This document shows positions 39,434 to 49,756 of a stretch of DNA of 64,000 nucleotides, in pieces. A model generated the notes under the pieces. The model searched no databases and was not told the DNA's origin. It was given only the letters and a program-made list of their open reading frames with translations. This stretch comes from an uncultured Spirochaetota bacterium (GTDB taxonomy: Bacteria > Spirochaetota > Spirochaetia > SZUA-6 > Fen-1364). Position 1 is the first letter of the stretch, and the number at the start of each line of letters is the position of its first letter. A program made the position numbers and the translations under genes. The stretch is taken from the NCBI GenBank assembly GCA_963781885.1, contig CAWAHW010000007.1:256001-320000 (forward strand). Reading direction: 5' to 3'.

Positions 39434-39555
39434 ACCGCACCCCCGTTCCTCAGATCTTATCAGGCCTTAGGTGATGTTGATCATTTACCAAAAACAACTC
39501 GCTTTTTGTTAACTTGAGTCCTGACACGTTTTGTCTAGAAGGGGGGGAGAGAACG

Positions 39556-39876
39556 ATGGCTGCATACATGATCTTTACGCGCGAGAGGATGAGAGATGAA
39601 GCGGAGTACGAGATCTACAAAGAGAAGGCCCGGGCTGCCGGGCAAGGTCACCATCTTATCCCGCATGTCCAATACGGGAAATTTGAGGTTTTCGAAGGAC
39701 CTGATGTACAGGGAGTGGTTGTTCTCGAATTTGCTTCTGTGGTGGAAGCGAAAGCCTACTACAACAGCCCTGCCTACATCGAGGCCCGTAAGCACAGGCA
39801 TCTAGGCGCTGACTATCGAGTTATTCTTGTGGAAGGCCTTTCGAGGCAAGATAAAGAACCAGTGCCAAACTCTTGA
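39556..39876 (+). CDS. DUF1330 domain protein
   Basis: MAAYMI, EG..VVVLEF.S...AKAYYNSPAY and R..GADYR.ILVEG. Confidence 0.85.
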   Translation: MAAYMIFTRERMRDEAEYEIYKEKARAAGQGHHLIPHVQYGKFEVFEGPDVQGVVVLEFASVVEAKAYYNSPAYIEARKHRHLGADYRVILVEGLSRQDKEPVPNS

Positions 39877-39969
39877 AGGAGGCGCCTGTAAAACGTCGCC
39901 ACAAATCGGAGGGGAAAACTAGGCGATCATTTTTCATCCTCGTAAGGGTGCCCTACGCCTTTTCTAGGC

Positions 39970-40839
39970 TCAGGTCGGTTCGATGCCTGTCCCGGCTACA
40001 GGTCCGTCCTGGCCGTCCTTGGCATAAGTCCGTCCCATCCCATGGACTTTCGTAGCGATAGGAATGTCTCTCGCACTTTCTGCTTTCGGCTCGCGCGGGC
40101 CATAGCCTTCTTCCCAAGAGCGGCGGATTTCTACGTGGTCAAGCTTCACATTGTCCACGAGCAGTGCTCGGACCTCGCCCATTCGCAAGCCGGTTGTTGC
40201 GGCCAGAACGTTTATGGCGTACTGGCGGAAGTCATCCCACGGGTCGGGGGCTGCAAGGAGAGTGAACACTTCGGAAGAGGTGAGCACGCTGCGGCTTGGA
40301 CGCCGCACGCGAATCGTCCTGATGCGCTCTGCAGTGTTCTCCGTGACCCAGTTGTCCTCAACTGCCTGTTCCAGAATGGTGCGCAGGGTTTGGATGAGCT
40401 TGTTGATCGTTGCCGGTGCGAGCTCACAGCGCCGATGGAGATCAATTACCCAAGCGTCCAGTCGCTTCGTTGTAAGATCTCGCAGCTTCCAGTTTCCCCA
40501 GGTCGGGAGAAGATGAACGCGAGTGTAGCCCTCAGAAACGTCGAGGTATCCGTTTGAAACGGCACGACCGTGAGCCGCGCGATCTAGTGCAAATGAGGCG
40601 TCTGGCTTCCAAAACCCGGCAGCGTATGTGGATAGCGTGATGTCCTCACGCGTCTTGTGGTCACTCTTCAGCCTGGCTTCACACCAGCGCACCGCGTCAT
40701 CATGCCGAGTGCATCCCGTGGAGACGGCACTGCTACGGTAGGTTCCGTTTCCGTCTCGAAAGAGAGCGTAGAAAATTTTTCGGTTTTTTTTCTTCGTGGG
40801 CCTGGAATGCAGGGAGTACGGACGTTTCGGGCGTTCCAT
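39970..40839 (-). pseudogene. tyrosine recombinase/integrase, C-terminally truncated
   Basis: SAM-like domain (APATINK), TTGLRMGE (catalytic Arg I) and PK..S.RDIP. HxxR, H/W and the catalytic Tyr do not appear before the stop. Confidence 0.8.
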
Positions 40840-40863
40840 GCTGCCTTCCTCCACTCACTCTCG

Positions 40864-40885
40864 ATGTCAGAGTGAATGTCAGAGT
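40864..40885. repeat. tandem direct repeat, probable integrase arm-type sites
   Basis: ATGTCAGAGT twice at a 12-bp period, between the tRNA 3' end and the integrase start. Confidence 0.6.
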
Positions 40886-40950
40886 AGAGCTACATGGAAG
40901 CGTCCGTTTTCGGTCTGCTTCCTAATTCCCTACAACGTAGGGGTTTGAAA

Positions 40951-41024
40951 TGGGCGATACTGGATTTGAACCAGTGACTTCTACCGTGTGAAGGTAGCAC
41001 TCTGGGCCGCTGAGTTAATCGCCC
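40951..41024 (-). tRNA. tRNA-Val(CAC)
   Basis: GGGCGATTAACTCAGCGGCCCAGAGTGCTACCTTCACACGGTAGAAGTCACTGGTTCAAATCCAGTATCGCCCA folds as a cloverleaf with anticodon CAC; CCA is not encoded. Confidence 0.95.
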
Positions 41025-41262
41025 GGCGAAACCTGAAAAGAGTATATACCTCAGAGCATCTTGACCTGTCAACCGCAGAGTTTGGCGCGGCGCTTACTCC
41101 ACAAATGCCGGGCAAATACCGGCGAGCAATCGCGGAGGACTGTATGAAAATCAGATTTTTGGGCTGACGAAAGTAGACAATCCGGCCGCAAAGCGATTCG
41201 AGATTGCGACTGACAAATCAAGTGTATATTTCATATGAAATTAGGCATCTGCCCCTGGTTCC

Positions 41263-41949
41263 GTGGTTGGTCCCATTCTTGCATTGATCGGTATGACGAA
41301 CATGACTGTCATGCAACCTGGGCAAGGCCTTGCCACACAACTGGAAAGAGAGAGAATGCAGCCCGCTGCATTCATTGTACGCTTTCAAGGGGAGTTCGTC
41401 AGGAAATCCCTGCACCTCCTCATCGCCCTCGTTCCTGTTCTTGCAAGCGTCAATCTGCCGGCAACCATCGCCATCCTCGTGGCGGGAACGCTCTTTTACG
41501 CCTTCGCCGAGTCGTCGCGGCTTCAGGGAACACCCATTCCCGTGGTGTCCACCCTCACGCTGATTGCATCACGCGAAAAGGACCGCAGCGGTTTCGTGCT
41601 TGGACCCGTAACGTTGGGGATCGGCGCGTTGCTGTCCCTTCTCCTGTATCCGCTTCCGGCGGCATCGCTCGCCATCTACGCTTTGGCTTTCGGCGACAGC
41701 TTTGCCAGCCTGGTGGGCACCATGATGCGCGGTCCCCGCATCCCGCTCACGCGCGGGAAGACCGTTGCGGGAAGTCTCGCCTGCTTCCTGGCGGTGTTCA
41801 TCGTCACCCTGTCGGTGACCGCGCGGCTTGCAGACTCCGTGGTGCTGGCCTCCGCCGCCGCCCTGCTGGAAGTCATCCCCGCCGGGAACTTCGACAACAT
41901 CCTGCTGCCCTTCGGCGTCGGGCTTATCGCCTCCCAGCTCCTGCGCTAG
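41263..41949 (+). CDS. dolichol/phytol kinase - phosphatidate cytidylyltransferase family membrane protein (start uncertain)
   Basis: RKSLH, FGDSFASLVG, KTVAGS and DNILLP. Confidence 0.82.
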   Translation: MVGPILALIGMTNMTVMQPGQGLATQLERERMQPAAFIVRFQGEFVRKSLHLLIALVPVLASVNLPATIAILVAGTLFYAFAESSRLQGTPIPVVSTLTLIASREKDRSGFVLGPVTLGIGALLSLLLYPLPAASLAIYALAFGDSFASLVGTMMRGPRIPLTRGKTVAGSLACFLAVFIVTLSVTARLADSVVLASAAALLEVIPAGNFDNILLPFGVGLIASQLLR

Positions 41950-41979
41950 CCGGACAGTCCTTCTCGCTGCATTGCCCGC

Positions 41980-42837
41980 CTATCTCCCGGCGAAATCCTC
42001 CACCTGTCGATAGATCGTTGACACGGTGCGTAGGCAGAGGATTATCCCGCCCGCAAGGGTGGCCAGCCCGGCGCCGAGCAGCAGGGGATTCACGGCGAAG
42101 AAGAGGAGCTCCCGCGACGCGATGAGAAGCGCGAGCCCGAGGGCGAGCCAGAGATAGCGCCGATCCCTGCGTGAGAAGGCGGCGGCCCCGACGGTCGCCA
42201 CCGTGATGATGCCGATCACCGCGTTCACGAACCAGACGCTCTGCTCGTCACCGAGCTTCCGGGTGAGCTGCGCGAGAAAGACCGTCCGATCCATCGGGAT
42301 GTAGGCCGCCATCGCGAACGAGACGAGGAAGACGAGCCCCGCGAGCACGAGGAACCGGCGATACTTCAGCTCGATGCAGTACAGCGCGGCGCAGAGAAGC
42401 GACAGAAGGCCCACGAATCTGCCCCAGTAGATGATTCTTGTCAGCACGAGCGACGCCGCGATGGACCGGTCGGCCACGTAGAGGGCGGCCGTTCCCGCCC
42501 GCATGCATTCGAGGCTGATGGAGAACAGGAACATCATGAGAAACGGGATGAACGGCGGGGATCCCGCGCGGTAGAGCGCACGGCTTCGCAGCAAGGCGCC
42601 GACGCAGATGAACGCCGCGGCGAGGACGGCGCCGAGGCACCACAGCGATTCGGGAACTCCCCGCCCCGCGGGGTCGTCGTAGCGGAACCACCACGTGTTG
42701 ACCGGAAGGCTGCGCAGCGGCTCGGCCGCGCCGGGCAGAACGATGAGGAGCACCAATGCGGCCGCCGCGGACGCGAAGAGGAGGACCGACGCGGCGAGGG
42801 CGGCCGACCAGGCGACGGTGCCGGCGGGTACGCGCAT
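41980..42837 (-). CDS. hypothetical multi-pass membrane protein
   Basis: Many hydrophobic helices and high GC3. Confidence 0.7.
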   Translation of the reverse strand: MRVPAGTVAWSAALAASVLLFASAAAALVLLIVLPGAAEPLRSLPVNTWWFRYDDPAGRGVPESLWCLGAVLAAAFICVGALLRSRALYRAGSPPFIPFLMMFLFSISLECMRAGTAALYVADRSIAASLVLTRIIYWGRFVGLLSLLCAALYCIELKYRRFLVLAGLVFLVSFAMAAYIPMDRTVFLAQLTRKLGDEQSVWFVNAVIGIITVATVGAAAFSRRDRRYLWLALGLALLIASRELLFFAVNPLLLGAGLATLAGGIILCLRTVSTIYRQVEDFAGR

Positions 42838-42890
42838 GGCACCATACTAGATGATCTTTGCGGAAAGGTCAAAACATTGTAGCTTTCCCC

Positions 42891-43907
42891 ATGATTCTCA
42901 TCTTTCGAAAAGACGCGACAGAGGAGCAGATCCAGAGCGCCCTGCGCAAGATCGAGGCCCTGGGCTACACGCCGCACCTGAGCCGGGGGGCGTTGAAGAC
43001 CATTTGCGGCGTGACCGGCGATGACCGCGCCCTTGCCGAATCGGAGTTCGACCAGCTCCCGGGCATCGAAAGCGTCCTGCGGGTCCTCAAGCCGTACAAG
43101 CTCGCATCGCGCGAGTTCCACCCCGACCCCACGAAAGTGCAGGTGGGTGGCGTATCCATCGGTCCCGGGGGCTTCGCGGTCATCGCGGGGCCGTGCTCGG
43201 TGGAGACCGAGGAGCAGGTGGAATCCAGCGCGGCGCTCGTGGCCCGCTTGGGCCTGAAACTCCTGCGCGGCGGAGCCTTCAAGCCGCGCTCGTCGCCGTA
43301 CTCCTTCCAGGGCCTGGGGGAGCAGGGTCTCCAGATCCTGAGCGCCGCGGCGAAACGCCACGGTCTCAGCGTCGTCACGGAGATCATGTCCGAGCACGAC
43401 GTTGACCTTGTGGGCCGCTACACGGGCATCTTCCAGGTCGGGGCGCGCAACATGCAGAACTTCGCCCTCCTGAAGGCGCTTGGCGAGACGAAAAGGCCCA
43501 TCCTCCTGAAGCGGAGCATGATGGGCACGATCGAGGAGCTCCTCCTTTCGGCGGAATACCTCATGAAGGGCGGCACGAGCCAGGTCATCTTGTGCGAGCG
43601 TGGCATCCGCACTTTTGAGACGCAGACGCGCAACACGCTCGATATCGCCGCGGTCCCCGTGATCAAGCGCCTCAGCCATTTGCCCATCCTCGTCGACCCC
43701 AGCCACGCAATGGGCGACTGGCACTATGTTGCCCCTGCCTCCCTGGCGGCCCTGGCGGCCGGCGCGGACGGGATCATTGTCGAGATTCACCCCGATCCCG
43801 CCATGGCGAAGTCCGACGGCAAGCAGAGTCTCAACTACGAGCATTTCGAGGCGTTGATGGCCCGTTTGCAGGCGCTCGCGCCGCATCTGGGGGTGCAGAT
43901 AAGCTGA
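42891..43907 (+). CDS. aroF: 3-deoxy-7-phosphoheptulonate (DAHP) synthase, class I-beta with N-terminal regulatory domain
   Basis: IAGPCSVE, RGGAFKPRSSPYSFQG, GARNMQNF, LCERGIRTFE and DPSH. Confidence 0.93.
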   Translation: MILIFRKDATEEQIQSALRKIEALGYTPHLSRGALKTICGVTGDDRALAESEFDQLPGIESVLRVLKPYKLASREFHPDPTKVQVGGVSIGPGGFAVIAGPCSVETEEQVESSAALVARLGLKLLRGGAFKPRSSPYSFQGLGEQGLQILSAAAKRHGLSVVTEIMSEHDVDLVGRYTGIFQVGARNMQNFALLKALGETKRPILLKRSMMGTIEELLLSAEYLMKGGTSQVILCERGIRTFETQTRNTLDIAAVPVIKRLSHLPILVDPSHAMGDWHYVAPASLAALAAGADGIIVEIHPDPAMAKSDGKQSLNYEHFEALMARLQALAPHLGVQIS

Positions 43908-44004
43908 GTGCGCGTGAGAGGAAGGGCGTGCGGCGGCGCGGAGGGCCGCCAAATTCCCCTATAACAATGGGGCGGCCGGTACGATACTAATACAAGGAGC
44001 ACCT

Positions 44005-44697
44005 ATGTCAAAACGGCTCGCCCTGATCTGGGTCCTCTTTTTCCTGGCAGCGCTTGCCGCTTTCGCGGGCGACGTCGCCCAATTCGTGAATCTCGGTTTC
44101 TCCCCGGACGCGAAGTACTTCATGTTCGGGCAGTACGGGATCTCGCAGAAGGATACGACGCCCTGGGCGGAGACATACATTGTCGACGTGCGCGCCAACA
44201 CCTTCGTGCCCCAGGGCACGCGCAAGACCTTTGGCAGCAGGCCCGTGGATCCGGGGGCAACGGGTCTGGGCGCGCTGCTGAACGTGCTCGCCGACTCCCA
44301 GCCGCAGAAAAAGAAGTTCAAGCTCGATCACCTCAGCACGGGAAGGCTGCTCTACGTCCTCGTGGATGGCGCGCAGGCCGCCGACACGCTGGAGTTCCGG
44401 GATTTCCAGACCAGCAAATCCTATAAGATCGCCCTCGCCCAGAGCGTGTCCACGAAGGGCACCGACACGAGCTCCTCATTCAGCATCGCGGTGACCATCA
44501 CGGACAAGGACGGCAGGATCCACACCTTCAATGCCGGCAGCCCTACGATCACGCGCAAGGGCGTGAAAGTGTATCATCTCAAGCAGCTGATCCTCGCCCC
44601 TGACGACGTCTCCCTCGTGTTCATCGTGCAGCGCGAGGAGCAGGACACCACCGGCAACAACATCCGCTACATGGTGGAGACGGTCCGACCCAAGTAG
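44005..44697 (+). CDS. DUF2259-like predicted secreted protein
   Basis: Signal peptide, then AGDVAQFVNLGFSPDAKYFMFGQYG; AAGGAG SD. Confidence 0.75.
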   Translation: MSKRLALIWVLFFLAALAAFAGDVAQFVNLGFSPDAKYFMFGQYGISQKDTTPWAETYIVDVRANTFVPQGTRKTFGSRPVDPGATGLGALLNVLADSQPQKKKFKLDHLSTGRLLYVLVDGAQAADTLEFRDFQTSKSYKIALAQSVSTKGTDTSSSFSIAVTITDKDGRIHTFNAGSPTITRKGVKVYHLKQLILAPDDVSLVFIVQREEQDTTGNNIRYMVETVRPK

Positions 44698-44742
44698 CCG
44701 CGAACCGCAACCCGCCTCTTTTTCCTCCTCAATTTATTGGAC

Positions 44743-44796
44743 TTGACATCTAGTGACCATACGCTCACTATTTCGATAGTGACCACTTACTCACTG
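44743..44796 (+). promoter_or_regulatory. promoter with two tandem TetR operators
   Basis: TTGACA at 44743; palindromes TAGTGA-N8-TCACTA (44751-44770) and TAGTGA-N8-TCACTG (44777-44796). Confidence 0.7.
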
Positions 44797-44830
44797 GCGT
44801 TTCGATGACAGACCTGCGAAGGAGATTGAC

Positions 44831-45505
44831 TTGAGCAATAGCCCCACCGAAGGGTCGCCCGGGAACGTTCAAGACGCCAGCGCTGAGGAGCTCACCTCGC
44901 GGCAGCTCGAGCTGCTCGAGGCAGCACTTCGCGTGTTCAACCGCAAGGGATACGACGCAAGCCGCACCCGCGAGATCGCAAAGGAGGCGGGCGTCTCCGA
45001 GGCGACGCTTTTCAAGCACTTTCGCACCAAGCGCCACATCCTGACTGCCCTGATGCAGCCCTTTCTCATCACGGTCGTGAAGCCGATCATGCTTGCCTCC
45101 GTGAAGGCACTGGTGCACACGCACAAGGCCGGCTCCCTGGAGGCCGTGCTGCGCGAAATCATGCAGGACCGCATCAAGCTGTTCCGCGACCGGGCCCCTC
45201 TCATCACGACCTTGATGCTTGAGGCTGCCCATCACCCGGACCTGCTCGACGTCGTGCGCACGCAGGTCATTCCAGAAATTGTCGAGGTGCTCGACACCGT
45301 GCTCTCCACGGCGCGTGAGCGCGGGGAAGCGCGGGATATCGACAAGCGCCTTTTCGCCCGCGCCTTCATGAGCCTCCTGGTCGGGCACGTGGCACTCCGC
45401 GGGCTTTTTCCCGAGCAGCTCGGCGGTGACGACGACGATGCCGCCCTCGACGGCTTGGTGAAGCTTTTTCTCAACGGAGTGGCGAGGAGGAAGGAACAGG
45501 AATGA
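44831..45505 (+). CDS. TetR/AcrR family regulator
   Basis: TREIAKEAGVSEATLFKHFRTK. Confidence 0.88.
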   Translation: MSNSPTEGSPGNVQDASAEELTSRQLELLEAALRVFNRKGYDASRTREIAKEAGVSEATLFKHFRTKRHILTALMQPFLITVVKPIMLASVKALVHTHKAGSLEAVLREIMQDRIKLFRDRAPLITTLMLEAAHHPDLLDVVRTQVIPEIVEVLDTVLSTARERGEARDIDKRLFARAFMSLLVGHVALRGLFPEQLGGDDDDAALDGLVKLFLNGVARRKEQE

Positions 45506-46254
45506 GCGCAACGATGAATGTGTCCGTGCGTGGCGTCACGGTCCGATTCGAGAAGAGGGCGGCGTTGAGCGGGGCAACGCTCGAGATCCCGCCGGGAAGC
45601 ATCGTCGGGCTCCTGGGACCCTCCGGCGCCGGAAAGACCACGCTCATCCGCTGCATCGCGGGCCTGCTCCGTCCGCAGGAGGGCAGCGTCACGGTCGCCG
45701 GGCTTCCCGTCCCCGACCGTGGCCTCGCCGCGCGCATCGGCTACATGGCGCAGGAGGACGCGCTCTATCCCGACCTCACGGGCCTGCAGAACCTGCGTTT
45801 CTTCACCTCGCTCTACGGCATGCGCGGACTCCGGGCCCGCGAGGCGATGAGCGCCGTTTTCCGGCTCACGCGCCTTGAAGGCGAGGAGAACAAGAGGGTA
45901 AGAAACTACTCCGGCGGCATGAGAAAGCGGCTGTCCCTCGCGGTTGCACTGGTGCACGGACCGGCGCTTCTCATCCTGGACGAGCCCACCGTCGGCATCG
46001 ACCCGGTGCTGCGCGCCGAGTTCTGGGACGAGTTCCGCAAGCTGCGGGACGCGGGCACGACGCTCCTCCTCACCACGCACGTCATGGACGAGGCGGACAG
46101 GTGCGACCGTCTGGCGCTGATCTTCGACGGAAAAGTGCTTGCCTACGATACACCCGCGGAGGTGTGCCGCGCGGTGGGCGCTTCCACCACGGAAGAGGCG
46201 TTCCTCGCGCTGCGGGCGCGGACGCAGGAGGACAGGGAGGCCGCCCATGCGTAA
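45502..46254 (+). CDS. ABC-2 exporter ATP-binding protein
   Basis: GPSGAGKT, YSGGMRKRL and DEPTVGIDP. Confidence 0.9.
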   Translation: MSATMNVSVRGVTVRFEKRAALSGATLEIPPGSIVGLLGPSGAGKTTLIRCIAGLLRPQEGSVTVAGLPVPDRGLAARIGYMAQEDALYPDLTGLQNLRFFTSLYGMRGLRAREAMSAVFRLTRLEGEENKRVRNYSGGMRKRLSLAVALVHGPALLILDEPTVGIDPVLRAEFWDEFRKLRDAGTTLLLTTHVMDEADRCDRLALIFDGKVLAYDTPAEVCRAVGASTTEEAFLALRARTQEDREAAHA

Positions 46255-47296
46255 TGCATTCAGCATCGCGCGCAGGATCATCACCCAGATCGGCATGGAC
46301 ACGCGCACGCTTGCCCTCCTGGTGATTGCGCCACTTGCCATCATCACGCTGCTCTGGGTCGTGATGAACGGCGGCCTCACCAGCCCGACCATTGCCGTTG
46401 CCGGTGATGCGCCGGCGGCATTCCGCACGGAGCTGGAAAAGAACGCCAAGGTGCTCGATGCCGCCACGACGGAGGAGGGCATCGCGCTCGTGCGCGACCA
46501 GAAGGCTGACGCGCTGCTCGACTACTCCTCCACGCCGCCGAAGCTCACGATGGACGGGGCAGACCCCTCGGTCTCGGCCGTGGTCGGCCACGTGGTCCAG
46601 AAGACGTCGCTCGCTTTCATCGCCACGAACCCGATCCTCCAGGCGATGGTGGGCAGCAATCAGCCCACGGTCGAGCTTCTTCACGGCAGCTCCACGGGCA
46701 CCGCCTTCGAGTTCATCGCCCCCGTTATGATGGGCTTCGTGATCTTCTTCTTCATTTTCATTCTCTCCGCCATCTCCTTCCTCCGCGAGCGCACGACGGG
46801 CACCCTTTCGCGCATCCTCGTGACGCCTGCCACCCCGATGCAGCTGGTCGTCGGCTACATGCTCGGGTTCGGGTTTTTCGCGGCGTTCCAGACGGTGGCG
46901 ATCCAGCTCTTCACGATCTGGGTGCTGGGCATCCCTGCCGTGGGCTCATTCGCGGAGATCCTCGTCGTGAACCTTGCCCTCTGCCTGGTCGCCCTGAGCA
47001 TGGGCAGCTTCGTCTCCGCCTTCGCACAGAACGAGTTCCAGGTCCTCCAGTTCATCCCGATCGTCGTCGTGCCGCAGGTGCTCTTTGCCGGGATCCTCGA
47101 CCTGCGCCAGGCGCCCCTGTGGGTGCGGGTGCTCTCCGACATCTTCCCGCTCACCTACGCCGGGCACGCGCTGCGGGAGATGATGCTGCGGGGAAAATCG
47201 CTGGGGGAGCTCTGGCTGGACCTCGTCATCGTGCTGGGATTCGCCGCGCTCTTCATCGTGCTGAACGCGCTGAGCATCCGGCGGGTGAAGGCGTAA
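46247..47296 (+). CDS. ABC-2 exporter permease
   Basis: RERTTGTL, NEFQVLQFIP and PLTY. Confidence 0.9.
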   Translation: MRNAFSIARRIITQIGMDTRTLALLVIAPLAIITLLWVVMNGGLTSPTIAVAGDAPAAFRTELEKNAKVLDAATTEEGIALVRDQKADALLDYSSTPPKLTMDGADPSVSAVVGHVVQKTSLAFIATNPILQAMVGSNQPTVELLHGSSTGTAFEFIAPVMMGFVIFFFIFILSAISFLRERTTGTLSRILVTPATPMQLVVGYMLGFGFFAAFQTVAIQLFTIWVLGIPAVGSFAEILVVNLALCLVALSMGSFVSAFAQNEFQVLQFIPIVVVPQVLFAGILDLRQAPLWVRVLSDIFPLTYAGHALREMMLRGKSLGELWLDLVIVLGFAALFIVLNALSIRRVKA

Positions 47297-47356
47297 CGGC
47301 CCGGCGCGCACGGCCGCTGCCAGTAGCGACCGCGACGGTCTGCGGCAGCGCGCCGA

Positions 47357-48874
47357 TCAGAACCTCCCCAGAACGCTCTCCACGTCCGCGTCGAAGGCGC
47401 GCGAGATGCGGCGAAGGAGCAGGCCGTAGAATGCGGCGGTGGCTGCCAGGCAGATGCCGATCGCCAAGGCGAAGCCGGGGGAACCGAAGGTCGCAATCGT
47501 CGAATGAACGGCAAATACGATGCTCGCGAGCAGGAACGGGGCCGCCTGGTTCACGAATGCCGTGCCGCGCCCCGATTCGTGAAGCGAGGGCAGAAGCGAC
47601 GAGCTGATATTGCCCCACACGACGCTTAGGGCCAGGACGAGACCCGCGCTGAGAAGGAGCGCTGCCGCGGAGGACAGCGAGACGCGCGCCGCAACTGCCG
47701 CGATCGGCAGCACCACGGACAGGCACATTAGCGTGAGCCACGCGAGGTTTTTCGCTGCAAAAAGCGCGCCCCAGTCCGGGCCCAGGAGCGCATATCGGCG
47801 CAGCGCGTGCCCATCGTGGCCGAATGTGTTCGACGGGTAGGAGAATCCGGCGGCGAGGGCGAGGAAGCATCCCAGCAGGCTGATGTTCACCGTCGGCTCC
47901 CGCGAGGCGAGGAGCCACGCGCCGGCGCCGAGCCCGATGGCGATCGCCGCGATCCCCGAAAGCGAGCCCGCGAGGTAGCGAAGCTCCTGCCGATAGATCA
48001 CCCCTGCCACGCCCGATCCGCGCGGTCTGTCTGCCGGCCCGATCCGATGCCGCGACGCAGTCCGCTCGCCCCCTGCGTTGTACATACCGCGCAGGGACAG
48101 CAGGTAGAGGCCGAGGGCCGCGAGGACGAGCGCGACGCTTGGAGCGATCCAGCCCCGGAATATCCAGACCGACGGGGACCACGGACGGAAGAGGGGAAGG
48201 AGGCCGTTGCCGGCGTCGTCGATGAGGAGCATCTGGTGCTGGAAGAGGAAGACGCGGACGGCGCCCGCCTGCCACTGGAAGTCCGCGTTGGAAACCAGGA
48301 TTGCCAGGAGGCAGCCGGTGAAGACGAATCGGAAGGCGCCCGAGATACGATGAGCCCGCCTGCTGGCGGAGAGAACGTTTCCCAGCGCGTGCGCCGCGAA
48401 AAGCGCGGCAAGGAATGTCGCGACCAGGGCGGCAACCGGTGCGGCGGCGGCGCCCGCCGAAAAAAGCGGAACCGCAGCGGGCACGACGAAGAGGAACGAG
48501 ATCCACGTCACGGGATGGGTGAGGATGCCGGCAAGCTCGGCGCGGGCGACGGATCCCAGCGACAGGCCCCCGAGGGTCAGGCGCCTGCGGTCGAGCCCCG
48601 AAGCGCCGAGGCTGAGCGCCGATGACAGGAGAGGCAGCAGGAAGACGATCACGAGGTAGTGCAGCAGGGAGAACTCGGTGATTGCCATGCCGACCGCGCG
48701 CTGTCCGCGGCCGAGCTGGTGCGCCGCCTGGAGACAGTTCACGAGAAAGCGCACGAGGATGGCGATTAAAAGCCAGCTGTAGAGCATCATGTCGACGGCG
48801 CGCGGGGCATGATGCCGCATATAGCGCCGTCGGGAAAGAAGCGACGCGCGGGTAAGCGCGCCTACTGCAGCCAT
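47357..48874 (-). CDS. membrane protein, probable ABC-2-type permease
   Basis: Multi-TM protein with NTFGHDG and AKN motifs; overlaps the ABC ATPase stop. Confidence 0.7.
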   Translation of the reverse strand: MAAVGALTRASLLSRRRYMRHHAPRAVDMMLYSWLLIAILVRFLVNCLQAAHQLGRGQRAVGMAITEFSLLHYLVIVFLLPLLSSALSLGASGLDRRRLTLGGLSLGSVARAELAGILTHPVTWISFLFVVPAAVPLFSAGAAAAPVAALVATFLAALFAAHALGNVLSASRRAHRISGAFRFVFTGCLLAILVSNADFQWQAGAVRVFLFQHQMLLIDDAGNGLLPLFRPWSPSVWIFRGWIAPSVALVLAALGLYLLSLRGMYNAGGERTASRHRIGPADRPRGSGVAGVIYRQELRYLAGSLSGIAAIAIGLGAGAWLLASREPTVNISLLGCFLALAAGFSYPSNTFGHDGHALRRYALLGPDWGALFAAKNLAWLTLMCLSVVLPIAAVAARVSLSSAAALLLSAGLVLALSVVWGNISSSLLPSLHESGRGTAFVNQAAPFLLASIVFAVHSTIATFGSPGFALAIGICLAATAAFYGLLLRRISRAFDADVESVLGRF

Positions 48875-49620
48875 GACAGGACCGGTGCTTTCACCTGCGC
48901 GCCCAGCAGGGTCTCCGTGTATGCCTGCTCCAGCGAACGGCCCGTCGCGCGGATTGCCTCCATCGTGGTGTCCAGCGCGATGCGCCCGGCATCCACGATC
49001 ACGCACCGGTCGATGACCGTCTCCACGGAGTCCAGCACGTGCGAGCTGATGATGATCGTGATGCCCTGCTGCGCGAGCTTTCGCAGGAGACCCTTGATGC
49101 GGCTCACCGTTACCGCGTCGATGCCGTTGAGTGCCTCGTCCAGCAGGAGCACACGTGGGGAGTGCACGAGACCAAGCGCGAAGGCAAGCTTCTTCCGCGT
49201 GCCCTGGGACGCCTCCGAGGCCAACGTCTCCTCGAAGCCGCCGAGCTGGAAGAAGTCGATCAGCTCGCCGGCGCGTCGGCGTGTTTCTTTTTCTTCCACG
49301 CCGGCAAGCCGTGCCGTGAGAAGAAGATGCTCGCGCACGGAAAGGTACTCGAAGAGGGAAAGGTCCTCCAGCACGACCCCGAGGGCGCGGCGCCACTCCC
49401 GCATGCGGGAGAAGATCGAAGCACCTTCCCACAGGATCCCACCGCCGCTCGGGGTGAGCAAACCGGTGAGCATGGAGATGGTCGTCGACTTGCCGGCGCC
49501 ATTCGGACCCAGGAGCCCGACGATCTCACCCCGCGGTATTGCAAGCGATATGCCCCGAACGGCCTCGTGCCGTCCGTAACTCTTTGAGAGAGACTCCAGC
49601 GCGATGAACGGCTTTTGCAC
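48862..49620 (-). CDS. ABC transporter ATP-binding protein
   Basis: GPNGAGKS, SQGTRKKL, LLDEALNGID and SSH. Confidence 0.88.
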   Translation of the reverse strand: MQKPFIALESLSKSYGRHEAVRGISLAIPRGEIVGLLGPNGAGKSTTISMLTGLLTPSGGGILWEGASIFSRMREWRRALGVVLEDLSLFEYLSVREHLLLTARLAGVEEKETRRRAGELIDFFQLGGFEETLASEASQGTRKKLAFALGLVHSPRVLLLDEALNGIDAVTVSRIKGLLRKLAQQGITIIISSHVLDSVETVIDRCVIVDAGRIALDTTMEAIRATGRSLEQAYTETLLGAQVKAPVLSWLQ

Positions 49621-49756
49621 GGCCCCATGGTGGCGTTTTGCACGCCGCCGGTCAATCGAGGCACGGCCAGGGAAAGAAAGGGCGGCCCTGTCCGATTTCG
49701 TGCTGGCGCGCGAAAGGTGGACAGCGGCCGCCCTGCGGGAGTCGCCGTGAGGCGCT

